From the NCBI GenBank assembly GCA_025454795.1, contig JALONT010000008.1, forward strand, positions 21,423 through 85,422: 64,000 bases of DNA. Direction: 5' to 3'. Position numbers and translations under genes: made by a program. Under the pieces are notes generated by a model that ran no database searches, was not told where the DNA came from, and saw only the letters and a list, made by a program, of their open reading frames with translations. Every line of letters begins with the position of its first letter. The stretch's first letter is position 1. The DNA comes from Bacteroidales bacterium (GTDB taxonomy: Bacteria > Bacteroidota > Bacteroidia > Bacteroidales > VadinHA17). Positions 19,412 to 27,874 of the stretch are shown in pieces.

Positions 19412-20614
19412 ATGAAAAACAGAACTATAGCAATCTTTTTATTATCAGTACTCTTTTCAGTCGGATCCGGATTATATGCCCAGGAGCTAAATGCTATTCA
19501 GACGGTGGTACCGTTTCTTACAATAGCTCCCGATTCAAGGGCAGGCGCAATGGGAGACGTTGGAGTAGCTACATCACCAGATGTATACAGCATGCACTGG
19601 AACCCTTCCAAATTTGCATTTATTGACGGCAAAGGGGGTGTTGGAATTTCTTATGCTCCATGGCTGAGAGCACTTGTTCCTGATATTAACATTGCTTATC
19701 TCACCGGATATTCAAGAATTGATAAAAAACAGGTACTGAGCGGAAGTCTGATATATTCATCACTGGGAGATGTACAGTTTACTGATGTTTATGGGACTTT
19801 AATGATGAACTTCAAACCCAACGAACTGGCTGTTGATGCTGCATATTCACGTATCCTTACCAAAAATTTTTCCGGGGGAGTAGCCTTCCGTTTCATTTAT
19901 TCAAATCTCGCTGGAGGTTCATTTATCAATGGTGAGTCATCGAAACCCGGTACATCATTTGCTGCTGACATTTCAGGCTTTTATCAGAAGAAAATGTCAC
20001 TCCTGAAAAAAGATTTCCACCTCGGACTCGGCTTTAATCTGTCAAATATCGGATCAAAAATGAGCTACTCCGATTCCCAGACATCCGACTTTATACCTAT
20101 GAACATGCGACTGGGCGCTTCAGGGACTATTAACCTTGACATGTACAACAAAATGACTTTTACAGTCGACATAAATAAATTGCTTGTCCCTACACCTCCT
20201 GTATATTATAATGTAGGGGAGATTACCGAAGGTGGGGATACAATAAAAACAGCACTTAGCGAAATAAAAGCGGGAAAAGATCCCAATGTTGCTATACCTG
20301 TCGCTATATTTCAGTCCTTCTTCGATGCTCCTGATGGTTTTGCTGAAGAACTTAAAGAGCTTACTTACTCATTTGGAGCTGAATACTGGTATAATAACCA
20401 GTTTGCAATCAGAGCAGGATATTTTCATGAAAATGAGATAAAGGGCAACAGAAAATATTTTACTGCTGGTGCAGGATTCAGACTTAGCGGCTTTACTGTC
20501 GATTTTTCCTACCTGATGCCGCTTACACAAAATCATCCGCTTGCCCGCACTCTTAGATTTTCGCTCTCTTTTGACATCAGCGCTTTAAGAACTGCAGGCA
20601 AACCGCGTTCATGA
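19412..20614 (+). CDS. porV: type IX secretion system outer-membrane shuttle protein PorV (LptO)
   Basis: 400 aa with a signal peptide. The N-terminal TVVPFLTIAPDSRAGAMGDVGVATSPD motif is characteristic of PorV. The gene is adjacent to porU. Confidence 0.85.
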   Translation: MKNRTIAIFLLSVLFSVGSGLYAQELNAIQTVVPFLTIAPDSRAGAMGDVGVATSPDVYSMHWNPSKFAFIDGKGGVGISYAPWLRALVPDINIAYLTGYSRIDKKQVLSGSLIYSSLGDVQFTDVYGTLMMNFKPNELAVDAAYSRILTKNFSGGVAFRFIYSNLAGGSFINGESSKPGTSFAADISGFYQKKMSLLKKDFHLGLGFNLSNIGSKMSYSDSQTSDFIPMNMRLGASGTINLDMYNKMTFTVDINKLLVPTPPVYYNVGEITEGGDTIKTALSEIKAGKDPNVAIPVAIFQSFFDAPDGFAEELKELTYSFGAEYWYNNQFAIRAGYFHENEIKGNRKYFTAGAGFRLSGFTVDFSYLMPLTQNHPLARTLRFSLSFDISALRTAGKPRS

Positions 20615-21087
20615 ATCTGAGAATTGGTCAGGGCATCGATTTCCACAGGCTTGAACCAGGTCTGAAATTATGGCTGGGAGGCATTCTGATTCCTTCAGGG
20701 AAGGGGTGCGTAGCTCATTCTGACGGAGATGTGATTCTTCATGCAATTTGTGACGCAATGCTTGGTGCGGCCGGAATTGAAGACATCGGACACCACTTCC
20801 CTGATACCAGTGATGAATTCAAAAATATCGACAGTAAAATACTCCTGAAGAAAACTTTTGATCTTATTAAAAAAGCAGGATTCTTTATTGTTAACGCCGA
20901 CTGCACAGTTTGCCTTGAAAAACCAAAAATTGCTCCATATATTCCTGAAATGAGGAGTCTCATTTCATCCATTCTTGAAACAACTCCTGAAAATATTTCA
21001 ATCAAAGCGACCACTACTGAAAAAATGGGATTTACCGGAAGAGAAGAGGGGGTTGTCGCTATGACAGTGGTACTGTTAGAAAAATAA
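20611..21087 (+). CDS. ispF: 2-C-methyl-D-erythritol 2,4-cyclodiphosphate synthase
   Basis: 158 aa with RIGQGIDFHRL, HSDGDVILHAICDA and KATTTEKMGFTGR. The start overlaps the porV stop (ATGA). Confidence 0.9.
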   Translation: MNLRIGQGIDFHRLEPGLKLWLGGILIPSGKGCVAHSDGDVILHAICDAMLGAAGIEDIGHHFPDTSDEFKNIDSKILLKKTFDLIKKAGFFIVNADCTVCLEKPKIAPYIPEMRSLISSILETTPENISIKATTTEKMGFTGREEGVVAMTVVLLEK

Positions 21088-21100
21088 CTTACCCCTACCC

Positions 21101-21123
21101 TTCCCGCAAACGCGGGACAGGCT
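21101..21123. repeat. GC-rich hairpin module TTCCCGC-AAAC-GCGGGACAGGCT (copy 1 of 3 in the window)
   Basis: Lies between the convergent ispF and hutU. Near-identical copies are at 55159-55181 (same orientation) and 60202-60221 (inverted). Confidence 0.7.
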
Positions 21124-21133
21124 CCGGGATGGG

Positions 21134-23140
21134 CTAAATTGCCTCTTCAATAAGCTTATCATCAGCCATATACGGAACCGTAACTATTAAGCCCGGAGTC
21201 CTTTTCATCTCCCTTTCCAGAGCGAATATTGCACCCTCATTCCGAGCCCAGCTCCTTCTTGCAATACCATTATTAACATCCCAGTGAAGCATCATTCTGA
21301 GCTTTGCCGAAGTATCTTCCGAACCGTCAAGCACCATTCCGAATCCTCCGTTGATTACCTCACCCCATCCCACTCCTCCTCCGTTATGGATCGATACCCA
21401 TGTGGCACCCCGGAAAGAATCTCCGATCACATTCTGTATTGCCATGTCCGCTGTGAATCTTGATCCGTCATAAATATTTGATGTTTCCCTGAAAGGTGAA
21501 TCGGTCCCGGACACATCATGATGATCGCGACCTATGACAACCGGTGCGGTAATTTTCCCTGACGCCACAGCTCTGTTGAAAGCATCAGCAATTGCCACTC
21601 TTCCCTCTGCATCGGCATAAAGTATGCGGGCCTGCGAACCAACGACCAGTTTGTTAACTGCAGCTTCTTTTATCCAGTGAATATTATCGGCCATCTGCTG
21701 CCTGATCTGAAAAGGAGAATCCTTCATCAATTTTTCCAGCACATCTATAGCTATCGAATCGGTAATTGCCAGGTCGGCAGGATCATTTGAACAGCAGACC
21801 CACCTGAACGGACCAAAACCGTAATCAAAACAGAGCGGCCCCATAATATCCTGTACATAAGATTGATATCTGAACTCGCCATCAGGTTTTAGTACATCGG
21901 CACCAGCCCGGGATGCTTCCAGAAGAAATGCATTTCCATAGTCAAAGAAATATGTGCCATTTTGCGTATGTCTGTTTATTGCAGCCACCTGGCGGACAAG
22001 CGATCTCTTCACAAAAGACCTGAATTTTTCAGGATCATCAGAGATCATTCTATTCGACTCCTCAAAACTGAGTTCAACAGGATAATAGCCTCCTGCCCAT
22101 GGATTATGCAGCGAGGTCTGATCTGAGCCAAGTTCAACCATGATTCCTTCCTCTGCAAACTTCTCCCATACCTCTACTATATTGCCTTTATAAGCTATGG
22201 ATACAACCTCCTCCTTTTTCTTAGCTTCCTTCACTCTGACTATCAGATTGCCTATATCAGAAACCACTTCATCAACCCAGCCCTGCAAATGACGGGTTTT
22301 TATTGCCTTAGGATTTACTTCAGCAATAACGGATATGGCACCGGCAATTTTTGCTGCTTTTGGCTGAGCCCCGGACATCCCTCCGAGTCCGGAGGATACA
22401 AACAGTTTTCCACGGAGACTCTCTCCTTTTTTACTGACCATCCTGCCGGCATTGAGGATTGTGATTGTTGTTCCATGAACTATTCCCTGTGGTCCTATGT
22501 ACATATATGATCCTGCAGTCATCTGTCCGTACTGGGAGACACCCAGGGCGTTGAATCGCTCGTAGTGGTCCTGCGATGAGTAATTGGGGATAACCATCCC
22601 GTTTGTGACTACAACTCTTGGAGCATCTTTGTGTGACGGGAAAAGTCCTAACGGATGTCCGGAATAAATAACAAGAGTCTGATCATCTGTCATTTCGGAA
22701 AGATATTTCATCACAAGGCGATATTGAGCCCAGTTCTGAAATACGGCTCCGTTGCCTCCGTATGTTATCAATTCCTGAGGATGCTGCGCTACTGAAAGGT
22801 CTAGATTGTTGGATATCATCAGCATTATTGCTGCTGCTTTGCGTGAACGGTACGGGAAATCATCGATATGGCGAGCTTTGATCTCATAACCGGGTCTGAA
22901 CCTGTACATATAAATCCGTCCGTAATCCCTCAGTTCTCCTGCAAATTCTTTTACAAGTACAGGGTGGAACCTGACCGGGAAATACCTAAGGGCATTTCTC
23001 AGAGCAAGCTTTTTTTCATCTTGCGTCAGGATGTCTTTTCTCTTTGGTGCATGATTCAGGTCCGGATCATAAGGTCTCAGAGGAGGTAATTCATCCGGGA
23101 TTCCTTCGGAGATAAGCTTCTTGAATTCAGAGGTGCGCAT
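21134..23140 (-). CDS. hutU: urocanate hydratase
   Basis: The N-terminus MRTSEFKKLISEGIPDELPPLRPYDPDLNHAPKRKD and conserved GMSGAQ, GSDQTS and HNGGGVGWG segments support the call. The start is taken at the ATG ending at 23140. The track extension to 23239 adds a non-conserved leader. Confidence 0.9.
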   Translation of the reverse strand: MRTSEFKKLISEGIPDELPPLRPYDPDLNHAPKRKDILTQDEKKLALRNALRYFPVRFHPVLVKEFAGELRDYGRIYMYRFRPGYEIKARHIDDFPYRSRKAAAIMLMISNNLDLSVAQHPQELITYGGNGAVFQNWAQYRLVMKYLSEMTDDQTLVIYSGHPLGLFPSHKDAPRVVVTNGMVIPNYSSQDHYERFNALGVSQYGQMTAGSYMYIGPQGIVHGTTITILNAGRMVSKKGESLRGKLFVSSGLGGMSGAQPKAAKIAGAISVIAEVNPKAIKTRHLQGWVDEVVSDIGNLIVRVKEAKKKEEVVSIAYKGNIVEVWEKFAEEGIMVELGSDQTSLHNPWAGGYYPVELSFEESNRMISDDPEKFRSFVKRSLVRQVAAINRHTQNGTYFFDYGNAFLLEASRAGADVLKPDGEFRYQSYVQDIMGPLCFDYGFGPFRWVCCSNDPADLAITDSIAIDVLEKLMKDSPFQIRQQMADNIHWIKEAAVNKLVVGSQARILYADAEGRVAIADAFNRAVASGKITAPVVIGRDHHDVSGTDSPFRETSNIYDGSRFTADMAIQNVIGDSFRGATWVSIHNGGGVGWGEVINGGFGMVLDGSEDTSAKLRMMLHWDVNNGIARRSWARNEGAIFALEREMKRTPGLIVTVPYMADDKLIEEAI

Positions 23141-23241
23141 AATGGGAAACAATTGAATGAAGTAAAGATACTGAATTCCGGAATATTGAAACTTTGCAGA
23201 TTTCATGTTCTCACTTCCCCGACTCTTATATTTGATCACAC

Positions 23242-23302
23242 GTACTCACCCCCCCGCCTCCATACACTGTCGCAAAGAGGGGGGAAACAAGGGGGTGAGT
23301 AC
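23242..23302. repeat. long GC-rich hairpin (12-bp perfect stem GTACTCACCCCC / GGGGGTGAGTAC, 37-nt loop)
   Basis: Read directly from the sequence. It lies about 100 nt upstream of the hutU start and downstream of the terminator of the preceding operon. Confidence 0.7.
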
Positions 23303-23315
23303 ATGCAATTCCAAT

Positions 23316-23345
23316 ATAAAAAAGCCGGTCAATTGAGACCGGCTT
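23316..23345 (-). terminator. intrinsic terminator downstream of the zinc-ribbon gene
   Basis: On the minus strand AAGCCGGUC-UCAAUU-GACCGGCUU is followed by UUUUAUAUU, 21 nt after the stop at 23366. Confidence 0.6.
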
Positions 23346-23365
23346 CCAAAGCTTTTTGAGCACTG

Positions 23366-24130
23366 TCATATCTTGCCCTCCTTAATTATTTCGTCATCAA
23401 CAAGAATACGTCCGCAGTATTCGCAAACGATGATTTTCTTTCTCGATTTGATATCCAGCTGTCTCTGCGGAGGGATCTGGTTGAAGCAACCACCACATGC
23501 ATCACGCTGGACTGGAACAACAGCCAGTCCGTTCCTTGCATTTGAGCGTATCCTTTTATATGCAGTAAGCAGTCTTTCTTCAATTATACCCTGTACCTTG
23601 TCAAGTTTTTTATAAAGACCCTCTTCCTCCTTCTGGGTGTCGGAAATGATTTCATCAAGTTCTGATCTTTTATTGTCGAGATCTGACTTTCTTTCTGATA
23701 AAGTTTCTTCAGATTCACCAATAACAACTTTTTTCTCCTCTATCTGAACATTGAACTCCTTTATTTTCTTATTGTACAGTTCGATCTCAAGATTCTGATA
23801 TTCGATTTCCTTTGAAAGTGAATCAAATTCCCTGTTATTACGGACATTTTTCTGCTGTTCCTCATATTTTTTGATCAAAGCTTCTGCATCAGATATTTCG
23901 TTATGTTTTTTCTGCACAGATTTTTCCAGCGTTGTGACCTCATCGCGGAGATTACCAAGCCTCGTTTCAAGCCCGGCTATATCGTCTTCAAGGTCCTGTA
24001 CCTCCAGTGGTAGCTCACCTCTTAAAGTTTTAATTTTATCTATCTCTGAATCAACCAGCTGCAGGCTATATAAAGCACGTAATCTATCTTCTACCGGAAT
24101 TTCTGATTCGTGTGTCTTATTCTTTTCCAT
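23366..24130 (-). CDS. coiled-coil protein with C-terminal C4 zinc ribbon (COG1579-type, Nif3-associated)
   Basis: 254 aa. A long heptad-rich region is followed by CGGC...CEYCGRIL. The gene starts 1 nt after the Nif3 stop, a conserved pairing in many bacteria. Confidence 0.75.
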   Translation of the reverse strand: MEKNKTHESEIPVEDRLRALYSLQLVDSEIDKIKTLRGELPLEVQDLEDDIAGLETRLGNLRDEVTTLEKSVQKKHNEISDAEALIKKYEEQQKNVRNNREFDSLSKEIEYQNLEIELYNKKIKEFNVQIEEKKVVIGESEETLSERKSDLDNKRSELDEIISDTQKEEEGLYKKLDKVQGIIEERLLTAYKRIRSNARNGLAVVPVQRDACGGCFNQIPPQRQLDIKSRKKIIVCEYCGRILVDDEIIKEGKI

Positions 24131-24131
24131 C

Positions 24132-25226
24132 TTACAAATAGTTTATCGGATTCGTATTTATTTCTGAAAACCGGACTGCAAATGTAGGGAATTTTTTGAT
24201 AATTAAGTCGTATAAAATCTCTGCTGAATATTTTTCGCTTTCATAATGGCCAATATCTGCAATCAATATTCTGTTTCCGGCATCAAAGAAAGTATGATAT
24301 CTTATGTCGGCAGTAACAAAAGCATTAGCAGATATTGCTAGAGCGTCATTTAAAAGCGATGCTCCGGATCCACCGCACACTGCTACTTTAGAAATCTTGT
24401 TGCCTGTCGGTTTTGAAAACCTGATCCCTTTTGCAGAAAATGATGACGAAAGGGATTTCAGAAAGTCTCTCTCTTCCATTGCTTCAGGGAGTTCTCCCAC
24501 ACAGCCCATACCTTCAGCAATATTCTGATTTTCGAGTGCATAAAGATCATAAGCAACCTCTTCATAAGGATGAGCTTCCAGCAAGGCTTTTAGCACCCTC
24601 TCTTTCAGATGAGAAAACAATACAGTTTCAAATCTTATCTCCTTTTCAAAGTGGGTTTTGCCTTTTCCACCGACAAATGGTCTGGTGCCCTCACCTCCCC
24701 TGAAACTTCCTGTTCCCGGTGTCACAAAACCGCACTGATCATAATTTCCGATTACTCCTGCACCTGCACCAAAAAGGGCATCCCGGACCTTGTCAAGACT
24801 AATCTCAGGTATATAGGTAACGAGCTTCAGGAGTCTGTTTTTTAAAGGGACCAGTACCTTTATATTATTAAGCTTCATCTTTTCAGCCATTTTCATGCTT
24901 ACTCCGTTGCTCAGTACATCAAGATTTGTGTGGGCTGAATAGATTGCGATATCCTGTTTTATTGCCTTAAGGAGTATCCGTTCAGTCAAAGTTCTGCCTG
25001 ACAATCGTTTTATCCCATTGAAAATAAGCGGGTGATGCGAAATGATCACATCACATCCTGAATATCCCGCTTCATCAAGTATCTCCTCAGTAACATCAAG
25101 AGTTATTAATGCAGATTTTATCTCCTTCTCAGGCAATCCAACCTGCAAACCCGAGTTGTCATAACTTTCCTGGAAGGTCAGCGGGATTACAGAATCCAGA
25201 TATAAACAAAGCTCCTTTAGTTTCAT
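24132..25226 (-). CDS. Nif3-like dinuclear metal centre protein (GTP cyclohydrolase 1 type 2 family)
   Basis: DNSGLQVG, ISHHPLIF, AIYSAHTNLD and a C-terminal DIGHYESE are present, with a PII-like insert. The start is taken at MKLKELCLYL. The track's upstream 30 codons translate the CTCTGTG repeat. Confidence 0.85.
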   Translation of the reverse strand: MKLKELCLYLDSVIPLTFQESYDNSGLQVGLPEKEIKSALITLDVTEEILDEAGYSGCDVIISHHPLIFNGIKRLSGRTLTERILLKAIKQDIAIYSAHTNLDVLSNGVSMKMAEKMKLNNIKVLVPLKNRLLKLVTYIPEISLDKVRDALFGAGAGVIGNYDQCGFVTPGTGSFRGGEGTRPFVGGKGKTHFEKEIRFETVLFSHLKERVLKALLEAHPYEEVAYDLYALENQNIAEGMGCVGELPEAMEERDFLKSLSSSFSAKGIRFSKPTGNKISKVAVCGGSGASLLNDALAISANAFVTADIRYHTFFDAGNRILIADIGHYESEKYSAEILYDLIIKKFPTFAVRFSEINTNPINYL

Positions 25227-25238
25227 TGTGATTTTCTT

Positions 25239-25332
25239 CCTCTGTGTTCCTCTGTGTCTTCTCTGTGTGACTCTGTGTAACAGAAAAACTAACACAAAGA
25301 TCCACAGAGGATACACAGAGAGCCACAGAGAG
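25239..25332. repeat. palindromic repeat array: 4 x CTCTGTG(T) at about 10-bp spacing, 21-bp spacer, 3 x CACAGAG
   Basis: CCTCTGTGTT CCTCTGTGTCTT CTCTGTGTGA CTCTGTGTAA ... CCACAGAGG ATA CACAGAGAG CCACAGAGAGG. It fills the whole gap between the MerR-family stop (25336) and the Nif3 start (25226). Confidence 0.9.
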
Positions 25333-25335
25333 GTT

Positions 25336-25671
25336 TTAAATATTGTCTCTCAGATCAAGAAGTAAACTTTTAATCCTCGAAAGAGATTCGTTGATCTCAT
25401 ATTTATACTCAATATCCTCCCATTTGCCGGAGAGTTTCTTTCTGACACCGGGAATTGTCATCCCTTCATCCTTAAGCAGATGATGTATGATTTTCAGGTT
25501 TTTAATATCACCAGGAGTGAACATCCTGTTCCCCTTTTTATTCTTCATCGGTTTAAGGATGCTGAACTCATTTTCCCAAAACCTGACGGTTGAGACCGGA
25601 ACATCAAGCATTTCAGCTGCTTCGCCTATTGAATAATAGAGCTTCTCGATTGGTTTTTCCCTGTATGGCAT
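25336..25671 (-). CDS. MerR family transcriptional regulator
   Basis: 111 aa with an N-terminal winged HTH, YSIGEAAEMLDVPVSTVRFWE. Confidence 0.8.
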   Translation of the reverse strand: MPYREKPIEKLYYSIGEAAEMLDVPVSTVRFWENEFSILKPMKNKKGNRMFTPGDIKNLKIIHHLLKDEGMTIPGVRKKLSGKWEDIEYKYEINESLSRIKSLLLDLRDNI

Positions 25672-25676
25672 GGCAA

Positions 25677-26750
25677 TTATTTATAATTTATATCACCGTT
25701 ATCTGAAATTCTTATTACCCCGTTAGGAAAATCAAGTGCTGTAAGATCCTGGATTTTCCTTATCACTCTTTTTTCAGGATCGATCCTGACACCCTCTGTT
25801 TTTGTCTGAAATACGGGAATTATCCTGCCGTATAGAAATTTTCCGTTACAATCTATATTCAGTTTTATTACCGGAGCAATTCCATTAGGTCCCAAGATAT
25901 TGAATTTTCCGTAAGTACAGAAATTCCCCAGGCTGTATCCGATAAAGCGGTCATTATAAACCTCTATCGCTCTTGTAATATGCGGTCCGTGACCGAATAT
26001 CACATCAGCCCCGGCATCGATCATACTGTGAGCAAACTTATAAACATCTCCTCTGTTTTCAGTGTAATACATCTCTTCTGCCTTAGGAACATGCTGAAAA
26101 TCTGCACCTTCTGCTCCCCCGTGGAAAGAAACAATAACTATGTCACATGTATCAGAAAGAAGTCTGACAATCTCTTCTGCTTTAGCAATATCGTTAATAT
26201 CGACGGTACCGGCATTCGGGGCAAAGGCGCAAAAACCATAAATCAGCGAGTCTTTTCTGAAGATTGACCAGGGGTGTTCAATAAGTCCGCCATATCTGAT
26301 CCCCAGGGAATCGAGCAGTTCCTTCGTCCTTTTCCTTGCAGCAAAGCCAAAATCTCCGAAATGGTTATTTGCCAGGCTCAGTATGTCAAATCCTGCAACT
26401 GAAAGGGCACCGGAATAGCGCTCAGGCATCCTGAAAAGATAACATTTTGTTGTGTCCCTGCATCTTTTAACAGGATCGCCGGAATCAAGAAATGATCCCT
26501 CAAGATTTCCAAAAGTGATGTCCGAAGCTGCAAGTGAATCGGCAAGGTCGCCAAGGAGGAATAGAGGATTGTCGCAGGGAGGAAGAAGGGACCCTGCCGG
26601 GAATGTCGATCCAAGCATAATATCTCCCACACCGGTTATTACTATGTTATCCTTAATCAGAACACTATCCGGGGAATCTGAATTTCCGGAAACAGGTATA
26701 AGACAGAATATTAATAAAACTACCGTAATCCGGCCAGGATACCTCTTCAT
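25677..26750 (-). CDS. CapA family (poly-gamma-glutamate synthesis-like) metallophosphatase, secreted
   Basis: GVGDIMLG, LANNH, SFHGGAEG and GHGPH are present. The start is taken at MKRYPGRITVV (ATG). The track start at 26777 is a TTG. Confidence 0.75.
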   Translation of the reverse strand: MKRYPGRITVVLLIFCLIPVSGNSDSPDSVLIKDNIVITGVGDIMLGSTFPAGSLLPPCDNPLFLLGDLADSLAASDITFGNLEGSFLDSGDPVKRCRDTTKCYLFRMPERYSGALSVAGFDILSLANNHFGDFGFAARKRTKELLDSLGIRYGGLIEHPWSIFRKDSLIYGFCAFAPNAGTVDINDIAKAEEIVRLLSDTCDIVIVSFHGGAEGADFQHVPKAEEMYYTENRGDVYKFAHSMIDAGADVIFGHGPHITRAIEVYNDRFIGYSLGNFCTYGKFNILGPNGIAPVIKLNIDCNGKFLYGRIIPVFQTKTEGVRIDPEKRVIRKIQDLTALDFPNGVIRISDNGDINYK

Positions 26751-26769
26751 AACAGAATATATGGAAAGC

Positions 26770-27741
26770 CTAATCAAAGGACTGACCGGTTTTTGAGGCT
26801 ATTTCAATCATTCGTTCATACTCTGCAGCAGTGAGGTCGTTAAAGTAGTAATTCACAGGATCGACATTAGAACCATTAACCTTGATCTCATAATGAAGAT
26901 GAGGAGCCACTGACATCCCGGTGCTGCCGACAAAACCGATCACATCACCTCTCTCCACTTTCTGGCCAACCCTTACATTAAACCTGTCGAGGTGAGCATA
27001 TATTGATGTAAGACCGAAACCATGATCAATGATTATATGGTTACCAAGACCTCTCTTTGATGACTGAACATAAGCAATAGTACCGTTGCCGGTCGCATAA
27101 ACCTCTGTTCCCGAGGGTGCCGTGAAATCCATTCCTGCATGGAATTTAATTATTTTGTAAATAGGATGAACTCTGAGCCCATAGCCTGAAGCCGTTCGTG
27201 TAAGGTCTTTATTAGAGATCGGTATTATAGCAGGAATAGATACGAGCATCTCCTCTTTCCTTTTTGCCAGACCTATCAGCTCCTCAAAGGATTTCGATTG
27301 TATAACAACTCGTTTCCGGATAACATCGAGTCTCCTTGAAGTTTCAATAACAATCCTTGAATTATCGAATCCGTCAAGTTCCTTGTATCTGTTAACACCA
27401 CCTACTCCCCCTTCTCTAAGGGTTGCCGGGATTGGCTCTGCTTCGAATATTGTTCTGTAAAGATTATCATCTGTCTCCTCGAGCTGGCCAATAACCTTTT
27501 CGAGATTACCCATTTCTCTCTGAATAAGTTCGTACTGAAGTGTCAGCTGGTCTATTTCACGATGAAGAGCCTTCTCCTTGGGAGAATCAAAAAAAATTGC
27601 AAAAATCAGGTAATAAACTACCGCTACCAATATGGAACCAACGATATAAGCAAGAGTTCTCATAAGAACTGCCCTGAATCCTAATCTGATCTTGTCAAAG
27701 CTCAGTGACTCCGGATTAAACTTATATCTTGAATTTGGCAT
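26770..27741 (-). CDS. M23 family metallopeptidase with N-terminal TM helix and coiled coil
   Basis: 323 aa with HAGMDF, GNHIIIDHG, GSTGMSVAPHLHYE and a C-terminal LTAAEYERMIE tail. Confidence 0.85.
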   Translation of the reverse strand: MPNSRYKFNPESLSFDKIRLGFRAVLMRTLAYIVGSILVAVVYYLIFAIFFDSPKEKALHREIDQLTLQYELIQREMGNLEKVIGQLEETDDNLYRTIFEAEPIPATLREGGVGGVNRYKELDGFDNSRIVIETSRRLDVIRKRVVIQSKSFEELIGLAKRKEEMLVSIPAIIPISNKDLTRTASGYGLRVHPIYKIIKFHAGMDFTAPSGTEVYATGNGTIAYVQSSKRGLGNHIIIDHGFGLTSIYAHLDRFNVRVGQKVERGDVIGFVGSTGMSVAPHLHYEIKVNGSNVDPVNYYFNDLTAAEYERMIEIASKTGQSFD

Positions 27742-27874
27742 AACGGGACAAAGATAATCAATTCATAAAAATACAAAGAAGGTATCCTGAAAGTGTTTTT
27801 ACCATACCACCAACCGTTAGCTGGCGCTTGACACCCCTTCATTGAATTAAAAGTATGCTTTTTGCGGACTCTGT

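Noticed and set aside
19384-19626. 80-aa ORF overlapping the porV start in another frame
   Set aside because: PorV has a clear signal peptide and family motif starting at 19412. The alternative frame is short and has no recognisable features.
25227-25316. 30-codon N-terminal extension of the Nif3-like ORF (MYPLWIFVLVFLLHRVTQRRHRGTQRKKIT)
   Set aside because: It translates the CTCTGTG/CACAGAG repeat array. The conserved Nif3 N-terminus begins at MKLKELCLYL (ATG at 25226).
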